The notes beneath the pieces were generated by a model. It was not told the DNA's origin. It ran no database searches and saw only the letters and a program-made list of their open reading frames with translations. The position numbers and the translations under genes are program-made. Below are positions 34,558-44,624 of a stretch of 64,000 nt of DNA, piece by piece. The stretch is from Bacillales bacterium UBA4682 (GTDB lineage: Bacteria > Bacillota_I > Bacilli_A > RFN20 > CAG-288): NCBI GenBank assembly GCA_002404995.1, contig DHKY01000004.1, positions 122,821 to 186,820 of the forward strand, given 5' to 3'. Position 1 is the stretch's first letter. Each line of letters begins with the position of its first letter.

Positions 34558-37452
34558 CTAGGCTTTCTTGTAGATGGCTAACGGATATTTATCGGAGTTG
34601 GCTTTTGCGCCCTGGATTTCTGCAGTTCCATTGTAGACAGTGCCATTAACATAGACACCATTAGAATTCTTGATGGAAAGAACACCCTTTTCATCATAGG
34701 AAACGGAGAAGAGAGAAGTCTTAGAATCTTTCTGATCAGCAAGTAAGGTGTTGTAATGTCCTGAGCTGACAGCAGAATTGAGATACTTTCCATTATCTGC
34801 ATGGAAGTAGTAGGAATCAGCAGCAGTTCCGGCTTCTAATGTAAGAACAGAAGCACCATTCAAATCGGTAATCTTGTTTTCGTTGGCTTCAACCTCTACG
34901 GCTTTCTGATAGTAATCTTTATTGAGTTTTTCAGCCACAAAGGCGTAGGTCTTACCGCTATTGGAGAAGGTAAGGAGGATTTCATCATTTGCCTTAATGT
35001 CAGCAGTGGAAGAGACCTTGGAATAAGTAACAGGATCAGCAACCGTGACAGCGATATCCTTGGAGAAGAGGACTTTGGCTTCTTTGCCGTCTTTGGCCGG
35101 AGCAGTTATCTTGGCATTAACTGTAGCAGAACCTGCCTTAACGCCAGTAAGCTTCAGCCTGGATTTACTATTACCAGCCGTATCTGCCTCAGAAGAGGTC
35201 TTTTCGGCTTTAACGATTTCCTCATTCGAAGAGGTGAAGGAGACCATGTTGACATAGTCGCTTCCTGTCAAACCGATAGAATCCGCATCCGAGACCGTGA
35301 ACTTATACTCAAGCTCAGAGTATGTACCAGTAGTGACCGTGACACCAGCGGAATAATAATCAGAATCGAACTTGACACGGGTCTGAGTGATTTCAGAAGC
35401 AGAAGTGATAAAGAACTTATTAGCCTGATAACCCCAATCGAATCCGATGAAGAAACCAGTAACCGTGTAACGGTTGCCGACCTCGATAGTCGGGATGGAA
35501 GTATAGGCAATATTCTTAGCATCTGATGCTTCAGCGCCATCTAAGGCAAGAACAAAGTTACCCTTGTTATCCGTAGTAACCGTTGTCTTCCAGGTATAGA
35601 GCTTGACTTCGGAAACAGGGGTAGCATCAGCAGCATTATCTTCGCTATTGTAGGCCTTGACATAGCTGTTGGCCTTTTCTTTTGTCCATTCATCGGCTTT
35701 GCCAATATTGACAACTGGCTTACCGGCTTCGTTTGAATCAAAGACATAGACCTGTTCAGCAGTAACCCGGTAGAACTCAGTCCTTCCTTTATAGATGTTG
35801 AGAGAAGCGATGATTTCGATATAATCGTTGCTCTTTAAGCTCGGAGCAGCTTTGGAATCGAATTCAGCATAGATGCTTCCGGTTTCATCCGAGAGGATGG
35901 CACCTTTGGAAGTGACAGAAGAGACAATAGCTTTGACACGGACATTGTCTTTATTCGTGTTGAGCTGATTGATCTTCTTGACCGCATGGGCAGCGACAAT
36001 AGTAACAGCGACTTCAGCAGTCGTCTCACCGACTGTAGCGGTAATCTTGACAGATCCGGCAGCAACTGCGGTAACAACACCATTGGCATCAACAGTGGCC
36101 TTCGTCTCATCAGAAGAAGCCCAAGTGACCGTATTGACATTCTTATCTTTATCAGCCTGAGATAAGATATAGGAAGCGGATAGCTTACGGGTATTGCCGA
36201 CATCGAAAGTCAAAGCAGAGGCAGAAGTACGGACAATGGTCTTAGGAGGAATGGTTTCCTCGACCTTAGTCCTGTAGAACTGGACATAGGTGCTATTCTT
36301 GCTTCCAAGCCAGAAGCCTTCGACACTATAGTAATTGCCAATAACAATATCGAAATCAGAATCATTGCTGGGTTCAAGAAGAATTTCAGAGCCATCAAGG
36401 TTAAAGCAGACATAGTTGCCGTTCTTGGAAGCCGTTGCAGACCATTTATAGGAACGCCTATATTCTTTGCTCTTAGAACCATCAGAAGCAGCATTAGCAA
36501 GATTAGAGGCACCATCCTTTGTCAGTTCAATCGGATCTTTTCCGAAAGGAGTCTCGACCTTATAGCCGATTTTCGTAATGGAGATCGTTCCACTGAATTC
36601 AAGGACCTTTGCATAAGCCACAACCTTACCAGTGACTTTGACAACATCACCAACGGCATAAGTAGTAGAGGTGTAGACTTCGATTGCAGCCGTTTCATCC
36701 GCGATAATGAAGAACTTGGCTGTCTTTGCGACAATTTCACCACGGACAGTGGCACTACTGACTGCCTTAGTAATCGTGTTAATAGCCTGTGGCTGAGCAA
36801 CACTCTTACTGACCTTGATAGAAATCTTGGCGCCTTCTTTATTATTGCTCTTCAGTTTAGCTTCGATGACGACCGTTCCTTCTGCAACACCTTTGACTAC
36901 GCCGTTCTCGACAGTAGCTTTCGTGGCATCCGAGGAAGTCCAATCATAGTCTGCGGCATTCTTGTCTTCGCCGTCGACTGCAATATTCCTTTCCTGGTTG
37001 ACACCAACTTCGGTATCTTCCGGAACTAAGGTAATCTTCTTTCCGACATAGAAGGAAACAGTATCGGATTTTCCACCGCCAGAAACAGTAATCATAACCT
37101 CACCAGCACCAACGGGAGAGACATACCTTCCGATGACTTTGGCAACGTTCTCATTCGAAGACTTAACGGTAACCTTCTTCTCATTAATTAAAGAAGCAAT
37201 GTTCCTTCCGTCATCGATTGCAATATCAAGCTTGATATTGTTGTCACCGACATAGAAATAATCAGCAAAAGCTTCCTTGTTGGCAATCTGAAGCGTAGAA
37301 AGCTTGAATGGAGCTTCCGTAGCAGGGGTTTCCGTTGCCGGAGCAGTCGGTTGTTCCGATGGCTTTACAGAATCCGAAGTGTTGTTGTTGCATGCTGCTA
37401 AAGAGACACCAGCAATCAAAGTAAGAAGACTTACCAGAATTTTCTTTTTCAT
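34558..37452 (-). CDS. Large surface lipoprotein with multiple bacterial Ig-like (Big_2) domains
   Basis: 964 aa. MKKKILVSLLTLIAGVSLAAC lipobox. Repeated ...ATVDANGVVTAVAAGSVKITA.../...ATVENGVVKGVAEGTVVIEA... Big_2 signatures. Confidence 0.8.
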   Translation of the reverse strand: MKKKILVSLLTLIAGVSLAACNNNTSDSVKPSEQPTAPATETPATEAPFKLSTLQIANKEAFADYFYVGDNNIKLDIAIDDGRNIASLINEKKVTVKSSNENVAKVIGRYVSPVGAGEVMITVSGGGKSDTVSFYVGKKITLVPEDTEVGVNQERNIAVDGEDKNAADYDWTSSDATKATVENGVVKGVAEGTVVIEAKLKSNNKEGAKISIKVSKSVAQPQAINTITKAVSSATVRGEIVAKTAKFFIIADETAAIEVYTSTTYAVGDVVKVTGKVVAYAKVLEFSGTISITKIGYKVETPFGKDPIELTKDGASNLANAASDGSKSKEYRRSYKWSATASKNGNYVCFNLDGSEILLEPSNDSDFDIVIGNYYSVEGFWLGSKNSTYVQFYRTKVEETIPPKTIVRTSASALTFDVGNTRKLSASYILSQADKDKNVNTVTWASSDETKATVDANGVVTAVAAGSVKITATVGETTAEVAVTIVAAHAVKKINQLNTNKDNVRVKAIVSSVTSKGAILSDETGSIYAEFDSKAAPSLKSNDYIEIIASLNIYKGRTEFYRVTAEQVYVFDSNEAGKPVVNIGKADEWTKEKANSYVKAYNSEDNAADATPVSEVKLYTWKTTVTTDNKGNFVLALDGAEASDAKNIAYTSIPTIEVGNRYTVTGFFIGFDWGYQANKFFITSASEITQTRVKFDSDYYSAGVTVTTGTYSELEYKFTVSDADSIGLTGSDYVNMVSFTSSNEEIVKAEKTSSEADTAGNSKSRLKLTGVKAGSATVNAKITAPAKDGKEAKVLFSKDIAVTVADPVTYSKVSSTADIKANDEILLTFSNSGKTYAFVAEKLNKDYYQKAVEVEANENKITDLNGASVLTLEAGTAADSYYFHADNGKYLNSAVSSGHYNTLLADQKDSKTSLFSVSYDEKGVLSIKNSNGVYVNGTVYNGTAEIQGAKANSDKYPLAIYKKA

Positions 37453-37502
37453 AATGAACCTCCCTTTCCTGTGTTGTTATTTCTGAAAAAGTAATGAATC
37501 AT

Positions 37503-37976
37503 CTACTGATGGAAAACGTCATCATTGATGTCTTTTAGAAGGTTTTCGTAGTTTTTCTTCTTACGGAGTCCGAGAACCGTAAGAACGATACCGGATAAAA
37601 GAAGAACAGCAGCTAGTCCGAAGCAAACCCTAGAGACAGAGAATTCCGGACATGTCGTAACCAATTTGAAGTTCTGAGCGGGCTTACGTGCAAGAAGGAA
37701 GAAGATAATTGCTAAGACTGCAAGAATTCCGCCGATAGAAGTGAAGGACCTGCCATAAGCGAACTGATTCCGGGCAATCTGGATCTCAGCATGTCCAGCC
37801 GCTGAGAGAGATTTCCTCTCAACGCTGTCAAGATGCTTATGAATCAAATGTCCGCAACGAGGGCAGACATAGCTAACTGAAGTGTTCTCATCGATATCTT
37901 CACTCCTAGCTAAGGAAATTCTCTTTTTTTCGAGTTTCTCCTCGTTAATCTTCTTTCCGCAGTGTGAGCAATACAT
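37503..37976 (-). CDS. Zinc-ribbon membrane protein
   Basis: CSHCG...CPRCGH plus two TM helices. Confidence 0.6.
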   Translation of the reverse strand: MYCSHCGKKINEEKLEKKRISLARSEDIDENTSVSYVCPRCGHLIHKHLDSVERKSLSAAGHAEIQIARNQFAYGRSFTSIGGILAVLAIIFFLLARKPAQNFKLVTTCPEFSVSRVCFGLAAVLLLSGIVLTVLGLRKKKNYENLLKDINDDVFHQ

Positions 37977-37979
37977 CGG

Positions 37980-39428
37980 TTATTTGACCTCCGTGAATTC
38001 TGTGTTGTTACGGCAGACAATCTGGTAGGAAATCTTGCTGGTGGATTTATGGTAGGAATAGATGCCTTTCAGATTGAAGGTCTTTCCGACAAACTGTTCC
38101 GGAGAGCTATAAGTCGAACCGCTCTCATTGGTGTAAACAAACGGAAGGTAGACAGAGAAGCCAAGCGAATTGCCGAGATTGTTTCGAACAGTGAGAGTCC
38201 AATTGCCACTATCATCCTTATAGGCGCTTTCAACCTGGACAGGATCCTCTACATCCACACGGGAATAGAGATATTCGAAGCTCTGGTTTTCCCTATCGCT
38301 TTGAATCTGGCTTGTCGTCTTTTCAAACGTGTGCGGATAATGCTCAATATCAGTAGGATCATTATTGTCCTCTGCACTGATAATCACCTTTGCATCATCT
38401 TCGCTTTTCGAAGTATACTTGAAGCTTCCGCCAGAGGCCTGGAAGCCGAAGGTTTCACTATCGGTTGCAACACCGCAAACCTGGAGATAAGCACCGGTCT
38501 TTGTGAATTTTGTCGGAATAGCAGACCTTCCAGTATAGAAGTTAAGACCAGCATATTCGCCGTAATCATATTTACCGCCATCCTCTTTAGAGAAATACTC
38601 GGTCAGATAGAGGGTATTGTTTGCATAAGAAGTAACCGTTGCGGTGAAACGGATATTCTTGCCAGCAAACGAATTTGTTCTTGACGGATCTTTGAGGCAA
38701 GCCTCAATTTCGCGCTTGATATCGAGCAAGGAGACATCCTCGTAAGCACCATAATTGAAGAGGGGATCCGGTTGGTCGGAGAACAGATTCAGCTTCAGAT
38801 TACGTGCCTGTTTCTCGGCATCGTAGAAAATCTTGGAAATCTCATCGCCGAGATTCGCGACATTCTTGACGTTAGACCAGCCTTCCTGGACAAGGAGAAG
38901 ATTCAGCATCTCCCTTTCATCCATCGCAGCATTCTTCTTGGAAGTGTTGATCCAGATACAGCAGACATAACGGCTGCCAGTGGAGTCCACCTGCGGAACA
39001 CCATCGGTCAAAGAGTCGGAAGAAATGACAATCGTGCCATTCTGATTGGCTTCTTTGAGCTTCTCAGTCGTGAAGTTGCTGGCACCTTTGCCATATGGCT
39101 GGATTTTTCCAGTCGATTCTGGAGTATCAATACCGAAGAAACGTGCTTTGATGACGGTGCTTTTATCCTGAAGATAGAAATGAGCCGTATCGCCATCAAT
39201 CGGAGTCTTGAGCGTTACCTGTTCGATACCATCGGTCAAGAAGTTCTTGTTCTTGTATTCACGCCTAAGAGGAACCTTGGCAGCATAATCGATTTTTTCT
39301 CCAGTCGGAGTATTTTCACTTGCCGAAGGAGTAGGATTTTCGCTCACTTGATCCGATGGTTTGTTTCCCTGGCAGGATGCCAAGGAGAGAAGCAAGGGAA
39401 GGAGAAGGATTAATTTAAGATTCTTCAT
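37980..39428 (-). CDS. Lipoprotein nuclease with SNase (thermonuclease) domain
   Basis: LLSLASC lipobox. ...DGDTAHFYL...ARFFGIDTPES... SNase catalytic signature. Confidence 0.75.
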   Translation of the reverse strand: MKNLKLILLLPLLLSLASCQGNKPSDQVSENPTPSASENTPTGEKIDYAAKVPLRREYKNKNFLTDGIEQVTLKTPIDGDTAHFYLQDKSTVIKARFFGIDTPESTGKIQPYGKGASNFTTEKLKEANQNGTIVISSDSLTDGVPQVDSTGSRYVCCIWINTSKKNAAMDEREMLNLLLVQEGWSNVKNVANLGDEISKIFYDAEKQARNLKLNLFSDQPDPLFNYGAYEDVSLLDIKREIEACLKDPSRTNSFAGKNIRFTATVTSYANNTLYLTEYFSKEDGGKYDYGEYAGLNFYTGRSAIPTKFTKTGAYLQVCGVATDSETFGFQASGGSFKYTSKSEDDAKVIISAEDNNDPTDIEHYPHTFEKTTSQIQSDRENQSFEYLYSRVDVEDPVQVESAYKDDSGNWTLTVRNNLGNSLGFSVYLPFVYTNESGSTYSSPEQFVGKTFNLKGIYSYHKSTSKISYQIVCRNNTEFTEVK

Positions 39429-39430
39429 AT

Positions 39431-40936
39431 CTACCTCGATAATTTAGTCTGGTTTTCCGCATCGGCGAAAGCACCATCAATGGTTTTCTTGCCCCTCAAT
39501 GCCTGAACCATCAAGCCTTTGACCTCTTCACGGGCCTTTGCAGAGCCTTTGAAGCAAGGGGTATTCAAATAGCTGCCGCTGATTTTGTCTTTGACAACTT
39601 TCTGAACTTCACCAAGTGTCTCGCCTTCGTTGCAGTATTCGATGAATTCTTCGGTCTGATAGCAGGACTCACGGACAGGAGAGTAGCCTTGAGAATAATA
39701 GAGGGCAAGATCAAGGTTGACTGTCGTAGAAGTCAGATATTTAAGGAACTTCCAGGCATACTTGACCTTCCTTCCGTCTTCATCGTCCTTGGTCTTAAGA
39801 AGAGTCAAAGTAACACCCTGGGTAATGTATTTCGGATTGTTGTTGGCATAAGGAACCTTAGCAACACCGACAGTGAAATTATCGCCAGAAGGAATCGTGT
39901 ATCCAGAACCTCCGGACGAACCGATATTGAAGAGGACTTCGCCTGTTTTGAAAAGATCCGATCCGTATTTGTTATCGTTCGTGCCTTTCGTGCAGAAGAC
40001 CTTATTGTCGTAGTCGGCTTTCAAATCTCGAACAAAGGCTTTTGCCTCAGGATTGTTGAATTCGATTTTGCCTTTTCCGTTCTCGATAGAGGTGTAAGGA
40101 ATATTCCGCTGATAGCATTGGGAAATGAAGAAGTTATCATCCGAGTCATAGCAGAAAGGATATTGGAGATTATCTCCAGCCTTTCCTTTATAGCTTCCGT
40201 TTTTGATGTTCTTTGCCACATAACGGCAGAAATTCCTGAACTCATCATAGGATAAGTCATCCCTGAAGGAGAGAAGCTGATCCGAATTCCTGCCAAGATG
40301 TTCATCCTCATTGTATTGGCTGAGAATGCTTGCCGTCAGCTCTTTATTGTAGAAGATAACCTCGGTGGACTTCAGAACCGGAAGAGAATACCTTCCTTCC
40401 CGGATATAATGCTGGCCCTCGTCATAGAAGGCGGGAAGGAAATCCGAGGCCTCGCCATCGCCGATATAGCTTTCCTTGCCAAAACCGATTTTCTCGTCCG
40501 TAGCAAGTTCTGCTAAATTGACGACATATTTTCCAGGGACAGACTCTGCAGCAATATAATCCGCAACATGATCTGGATAAGCGACGGCAATGGTCGGAAA
40601 GTCACCCGTGTTGAAGCCGCTCACAATCTTATTGTGGATATCGGCATAGGATCCTTGGTAGGCATCCTGACCGGCATTGATGGAAATATCAACACCTTCG
40701 TTTTCCTTTACGAGCTTTGCAAACTCATCGGCTTTATTCTGGAATTCATCCTGAAGTCCGGCACCGAAAGTATGCCACCTGTTGATCTGGATGGTTCCTT
40801 TTGAGGGCGTGGTCGTCTGACTGGTTCCGCTTCCGGAAGCAGCTCCGCTAGTAGCGGAGCTATTATTTCCAGAACAGGATACCCTTGAACCCAAAAGGAT
40901 GGGAAGAAGGGCAAGAATCTTGATTTTCTGTTTCAT
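39431..40936 (-). CDS. ABC transporter substrate-binding lipoprotein (family 1 solute-binding)
   Basis: 501 aa with signal peptide and a Cys. Directly upstream of the second SBP and the permease/ATPase genes. Confidence 0.7.
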   Translation of the reverse strand: MKQKIKILALLPILLGSRVSCSGNNSSATSGAASGSGTSQTTTPSKGTIQINRWHTFGAGLQDEFQNKADEFAKLVKENEGVDISINAGQDAYQGSYADIHNKIVSGFNTGDFPTIAVAYPDHVADYIAAESVPGKYVVNLAELATDEKIGFGKESYIGDGEASDFLPAFYDEGQHYIREGRYSLPVLKSTEVIFYNKELTASILSQYNEDEHLGRNSDQLLSFRDDLSYDEFRNFCRYVAKNIKNGSYKGKAGDNLQYPFCYDSDDNFFISQCYQRNIPYTSIENGKGKIEFNNPEAKAFVRDLKADYDNKVFCTKGTNDNKYGSDLFKTGEVLFNIGSSGGSGYTIPSGDNFTVGVAKVPYANNNPKYITQGVTLTLLKTKDDEDGRKVKYAWKFLKYLTSTTVNLDLALYYSQGYSPVRESCYQTEEFIEYCNEGETLGEVQKVVKDKISGSYLNTPCFKGSAKAREEVKGLMVQALRGKKTIDGAFADAENQTKLSR

Positions 40937-40971
40937 CGGAGTTTTCCTTTCAGGCAGAAAGACAGCCTAGA

Positions 40972-42516
40972 TTACTTAACTGCAAGTAAGCAAGCATTGT
41001 AAGCATCATCAAAGAGCTTGCTGAGTTCTTCCTGATATTCTTCGCCAGTCTTCGTGGAGTTGAGAGAGTTGGTAAGAACGCCGGAAACCTGTGTACGGGC
41101 AGTAGAAGAGCCTAAGAAGGCAGGGGAGACGAATAAGGAATTGAGGACCTTCTCATCCGTGGAATAAGTCCTGTTACGGGCTAAAAGCCTGTCTAAGGTA
41201 TTCAGGTCTTTTCCACGGGTAGTGGCAGCTTCCTGATAATCTTCGCTCTCAGTAACGGACTTACGGATGCCCATATAACCAGAGTTGATTGCCCAGTCTA
41301 AGCAGTTCTCTTTATTCGTGATGGTCTTATATAAGAGCCAAGATGCAAGCTTACGGTTCTCATCGTCATGGTCAAGGATGGTCAGAGACGGACCCTGGTT
41401 GATAATGGCAAGGTCTTTTCCTTCGGCATGCGGAATCGGGGCAACGCCGACATCCCTCGGATTGGAGGAAGAGAACTGATATTTGTAACCACCGGTAGAA
41501 CCGACGGAGAAAAGCGTATTCTGAGTGTTGAAATAAGCGTTGGTGTAGTTGTCTCCGGCAATACCCTTAGTAATCAAATATCCCTTCTCTTTGTATTCGT
41601 GGAACTTGGTAAGAAGGGCCATCCTCTTGGTCTTGTTCTCGCCTTCTCCGAAATCGAAGTGTCCTTTGCCGTCCGCACCGATGGAAGTATAGCCAATGCC
41701 ATACTGCTTTGCTAAGGTGATGAAGAGGTTATCATCAGAGTCATAAGCAAAGACAGCGTGATAGGTGTCATCGCTCTTTAAGATCTTCTTGTCATCCGGA
41801 AGCTGAGAATTGTATTTGATTAAGGCCGGGCAGAGCTTATTGAAAAGTTCTTCCCAGGTAAGATTATTGAAATAAGCTTCATCAAGGGATTTTCCACCAT
41901 TGATAGAAGAATCGATGGAATGAAGATCAAGTCCGACTAAGACGCCCTTGTTGTAATACCTGGCTTCAGTGGATTTGCAATACGGAACAGAATAGGTTCC
42001 TTCAACAGCGTAGGCACTTCCCTCTTCTAAGAAGGCAGGATAGATGTCATCCTTATCTTCTTTTGTCCATCCATAGGTGGCGTTGTTGATATAGGGATCA
42101 AGATTGACAGCTTTGCCGTAGTTGATGTACTCAGCAACATGGTCTGGATAGCACTGGACCCTGTCCGGATAATCGCCAGTAGCAAGCTTAGTGACGACAG
42201 CACTCTTTAATTCGTTGTAACCCATACCGGTCTGGATGGTATTGGTAACCGTGACATTCGGTTCAAGCTTCCTGAATTCATCGATATAGCTCTGAAGCTG
42301 GGCCTGGTTGTTCTGTCCAGTGATGGACCATAATTCGATAGTGGTCTTTTCCTTAATCTGCGGAACATACTCGCCGCTCGTATTGGAATTCTGGACATCA
42401 GAAGCAGTAGGAGCCGGTTCTGCACTCGGTTTCACTTCTCCGGAATCGGAAGAACCATTGTTGCATCCAGTAAGAATCAAAGGCAGTAAGAACAGAACAG
42501 ATAATTTCTTTTTCAT
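40972..42516 (-). CDS. ABC transporter substrate-binding lipoprotein (second SBP)
   Basis: LILTGC lipobox. 514 aa. Confidence 0.7.
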   Translation of the reverse strand: MKKKLSVLFLLPLILTGCNNGSSDSGEVKPSAEPAPTASDVQNSNTSGEYVPQIKEKTTIELWSITGQNNQAQLQSYIDEFRKLEPNVTVTNTIQTGMGYNELKSAVVTKLATGDYPDRVQCYPDHVAEYINYGKAVNLDPYINNATYGWTKEDKDDIYPAFLEEGSAYAVEGTYSVPYCKSTEARYYNKGVLVGLDLHSIDSSINGGKSLDEAYFNNLTWEELFNKLCPALIKYNSQLPDDKKILKSDDTYHAVFAYDSDDNLFITLAKQYGIGYTSIGADGKGHFDFGEGENKTKRMALLTKFHEYKEKGYLITKGIAGDNYTNAYFNTQNTLFSVGSTGGYKYQFSSSNPRDVGVAPIPHAEGKDLAIINQGPSLTILDHDDENRKLASWLLYKTITNKENCLDWAINSGYMGIRKSVTESEDYQEAATTRGKDLNTLDRLLARNRTYSTDEKVLNSLFVSPAFLGSSTARTQVSGVLTNSLNSTKTGEEYQEELSKLFDDAYNACLLAVK

Positions 42517-42564
42517 CAGATCAATCCTCCTTTTAATTTATATTGTTTGATCTTGAAGACAGAT

Positions 42565-43545
42565 TTAGCCTTTAATACCAGCACGGCCAACACCGCGCCT
42601 GATATATTTACGGAAAACGACGAAGAGAAGGAACAGAGGAACCGTAACGAATACCGTAGCAGCCATCTGGTATCCATAGCTCGTCCTTCCGGTATCGACA
42701 TCGGTGAACGCCGATCCTCGGAGACCATTGGATATCAAGCGGAAATCAGATTTCGAAGTGACAAGGTTCGGCCAGACATAGGAGTTCCAGGTACCCATGA
42801 ACTTAAGAATCGTAATGGAGATAATGGTAGGAAGTGCAAGAGGGACCCTGACTTTCCATAAGAACGACCAATCGGATTTGCCATCGACTTTGGCAGAGAG
42901 ATAAAGCTCATTCGGAATCTGTTTGAAGTTCTGACGAAGCAAATAGATGTAGAAGACCGAGATCCAGAACGGAACAATCATGGCTAGATAAGCATCCATT
43001 CTTGTCTGTCCGGTTCCCGTCCAGCCAAAGGAAGCGACCGTGATATAGTTGGAAATGACCATCCTCTCGCCAGGAATCATCCTAGTCCTTAGGAATACCC
43101 TGAAGACAGCGTCCCGTCCTTTGAAGTTCAGTCGTGCAAAGGCAAAGGCGCCGAGGATTGTCGTAATCAAAGTACCCAGGGTAGAGAAGACGGCGACAAC
43201 GAGCGTATTGACCAGGTATTTGGAGAAATCGAATTTGTCTAAGGCATAGACATAGTTCGACCACCTGATGATTGTCGGATAGAAGGTCTGCTTGGATGCG
43301 ATGACTTCGCTGTTGGACTTCAGCGAGGTGATGATCCTCCAGTAGAACGGGAAGATCCTCAGCAAGGCTAAGAAACCGATAATGATGTATAGAAGCGTAA
43401 TCGAAGCGATATGTCCGATTTTCTGACGACGGCGGATTGTCTCGACAGTTGCGCCGGATTCCTCTAGGGAGAGCTCGATTTCCGGTTTGACTTTGGATTT
43501 CTCGAAGTTTGGATAAGAAGTCTTTTCAATTGCAGTGTTTTCCAT
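42565..43545 (-). CDS. ABC transporter permease (MalG-like)
   Basis: 6 TM, EAA-like loop ...DAYLAMIVPF... Confidence 0.85.
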   Translation of the reverse strand: MENTAIEKTSYPNFEKSKVKPEIELSLEESGATVETIRRRQKIGHIASITLLYIIIGFLALLRIFPFYWRIITSLKSNSEVIASKQTFYPTIIRWSNYVYALDKFDFSKYLVNTLVVAVFSTLGTLITTILGAFAFARLNFKGRDAVFRVFLRTRMIPGERMVISNYITVASFGWTGTGQTRMDAYLAMIVPFWISVFYIYLLRQNFKQIPNELYLSAKVDGKSDWSFLWKVRVPLALPTIISITILKFMGTWNSYVWPNLVTSKSDFRLISNGLRGSAFTDVDTGRTSYGYQMAATVFVTVPLFLLFVVFRKYIRRGVGRAGIKG

Positions 43546-43559
43546 GATTCAAGACCTCC

Positions 43560-44624
43560 TTAGTAGTGGACCTTCTTCTTACTGACCGCAAGCTGCAAGA
43601 CAGTAAAGACAAGAATGATGACGAAGAGGAAGACAGCAGCGGCTGCTGCATAGGTTACATGGTCGCCGATGTTGTTGTAGATGTAGTAGACGATGGTGTA
43701 CCTGTTATAGCTTCCGCTCGTGGTTCCCGGCCCGTTGAACAAACCGACGATGGCAGTGTATTCCTTGAAGGCACCGATGAAGGAGGTGACGATGATGTAG
43801 AGAATCTGCGGAGACCTTAACGGAACCGTAATCTTCCAAAGAATCTTGGCGGAGCTTGCACCATCGACTTTGGCAGCGTTGTAATACTGCTTATCGATGT
43901 TCTGAAGTCCGGAGAGGAAGATCAGAATCTTAAACGGAAGGGAAGACCAGATGATATAGAAGCAAAGAGGAAGCATGGCGTGAAGACGATCCGCGCCGTA
44001 AATCCAGTTTGTTTCCGTATGGAAGATATAGTTGATGATACCGTTCTTATCGAAGATGACCGCGAAGACCCTACCGATTGCAATAGCGTTGGTGACATAA
44101 GGAAGGAAGAAGACGGTCTGAAGGAATTTCTTGAAGAAGGGCAGAGCATTCAAACCGACACTGATCAATAAGGCAATCAAGGTCGCAAGCGGAACCGTGA
44201 CTAAGACAATAATGAAGGTGTTTGGAATAGCATAGCGGGAGAAATTGACTTCCTGTCCGCCGTTTTCGAGTTTCCTTCCGAAGATAGCACCGAAGTTCTC
44301 CCAAGTGAATCCTTTGTTCGTGCCATCAATCTGGTTGTAGTCTTTCCTAAAGGAAATGGCAATCGTATTAATCAAAGGATAGAGAAGGAAGATGACAAGC
44401 AAGACGATAACCGGAGCAAGATAGAGCCAGCCTTTCCAGTTGTTCTGGCTGGCAACATCTTCGATTCCGGTCACCTTATACGGCTTCTGGTTTTTCTTTT
44501 TTGGCTTGACTAAGCGGATAACGGTATTGTTTCCTTCCTGATAGCCTTCCGAATAATCCGGACGGGCATCGAAGAAATCGTTATGCGCAGTCAGGCTCTT
44601 TTCCTGGCGGAGCGTATCAGGCAT
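43560..44624 (-). CDS. ABC transporter permease (MalF-like)
   Basis: Start ATG at 44624 overlaps the ATPase stop (ATGCCTGA) with GGGAG SD. The track start at 44672 is less likely. ...GASSAKILWKITVP... Confidence 0.8.
   Translation of the reverse strand: MPDTLRQEKSLTAHNDFFDARPDYSEGYQEGNNTVIRLVKPKKKNQKPYKVTGIEDVASQNNWKGWLYLAPVIVLLVIFLLYPLINTIAISFRKDYNQIDGTNKGFTWENFGAIFGRKLENGGQEVNFSRYAIPNTFIIVLVTVPLATLIALLISVGLNALPFFKKFLQTVFFLPYVTNAIAIGRVFAVIFDKNGIINYIFHTETNWIYGADRLHAMLPLCFYIIWSSLPFKILIFLSGLQNIDKQYYNAAKVDGASSAKILWKITVPLRSPQILYIIVTSFIGAFKEYTAIVGLFNGPGTTSGSYNRYTIVYYIYNNIGDHVTYAAAAAVFLFVIILVFTVLQLAVSKKKVHY

Noticed and set aside
38049-39413. 211- and 213-aa plus-strand ORFs
   Set aside because: Antisense to the SNase lipoprotein gene.
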